Assembly (NCBI GenBank): GCA_035084275.1
Contig: CM068744.1
Location: forward strand, 13,330,001-13,394,000
Origin: Hydrolagus colliei
Lineage: Eukaryota
Reading direction: 5' to 3'
DNA: 64,000 bases
Below are positions 63,884 through 64,000 of this stretch, piece after piece (position 1 is the first letter of the stretch; every line of letters begins with the position of its first letter). The position numbers and the translations under genes are program-made. The notes under the pieces are model-generated. The model saw nothing but the letters and a program-made list of their open reading frames with translations. It was not told the origin of the DNA and did no database searches.

Positions 63884-64000
63884 CGTACTGCAGCTTAGTT
63901 TTAAAGCAATCGCCTCGCAAACAAGCGGACCTGGGTTTGATTCCAGGGCAGGATGAAATTTTACGAAAATTTCCTTACTCCACGTGCCTGTTTACCTAGC
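63884..64000 (+). mobile_element. Deu SINE long form, 5' part (runs off the window)
   Basis: tRNA-like head followed by TTTCCTTACTCCAC..CTGTTTACCTAGC. Confidence 0.8.

Noticed and set aside
1-64000. CRISPR array or prokaryotic defence system
   Set aside because: There is no regularly spaced repeat-spacer array and no operon-like gene density; recurring motifs are dispersed SINE and LINE parts.

Overview
This is repeat-rich vertebrate genomic DNA, not a prokaryotic locus. The repeat content (Deu-domain tRNA-SINEs, SacSINE1-like SINEs, L2 and CR1 LINEs) points to a cartilaginous fish, possibly a chimaera; this is an inference from recalled consensus sequences. Almost all ORFs in the supplied track are retroelement fragments or chance ORFs. 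Recognisable content: (1) about 20 copies of a young tRNA-headed Deu-domain SINE in long and short forms, plus older SacSINE1-like SINEs; (2) two young L2 LINE families, one copy with an open 318-aa RT C-terminus, plus many tail-only insertions; (3) an internally deleted minus-strand Helitron at about 58.3-61.8 kb that has lost its Rep domain; (4) two hAT-type MITEs; (5) two Penelope-type repeats carrying degenerate minimal hammerhead ribozymes; (6) several foldback or inverted-duplication structures. Reading splice signals by hand also gives a phase-consistent chain of minus-strand exons from 53.4 kb to 9.6 kb. It encodes a peptide with a divergent C2-domain-like pattern that I cannot assign to a named gene. 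No CRISPR array, rRNA or bona fide tRNA is present. Repeat boundaries were read by eye and are approximate.
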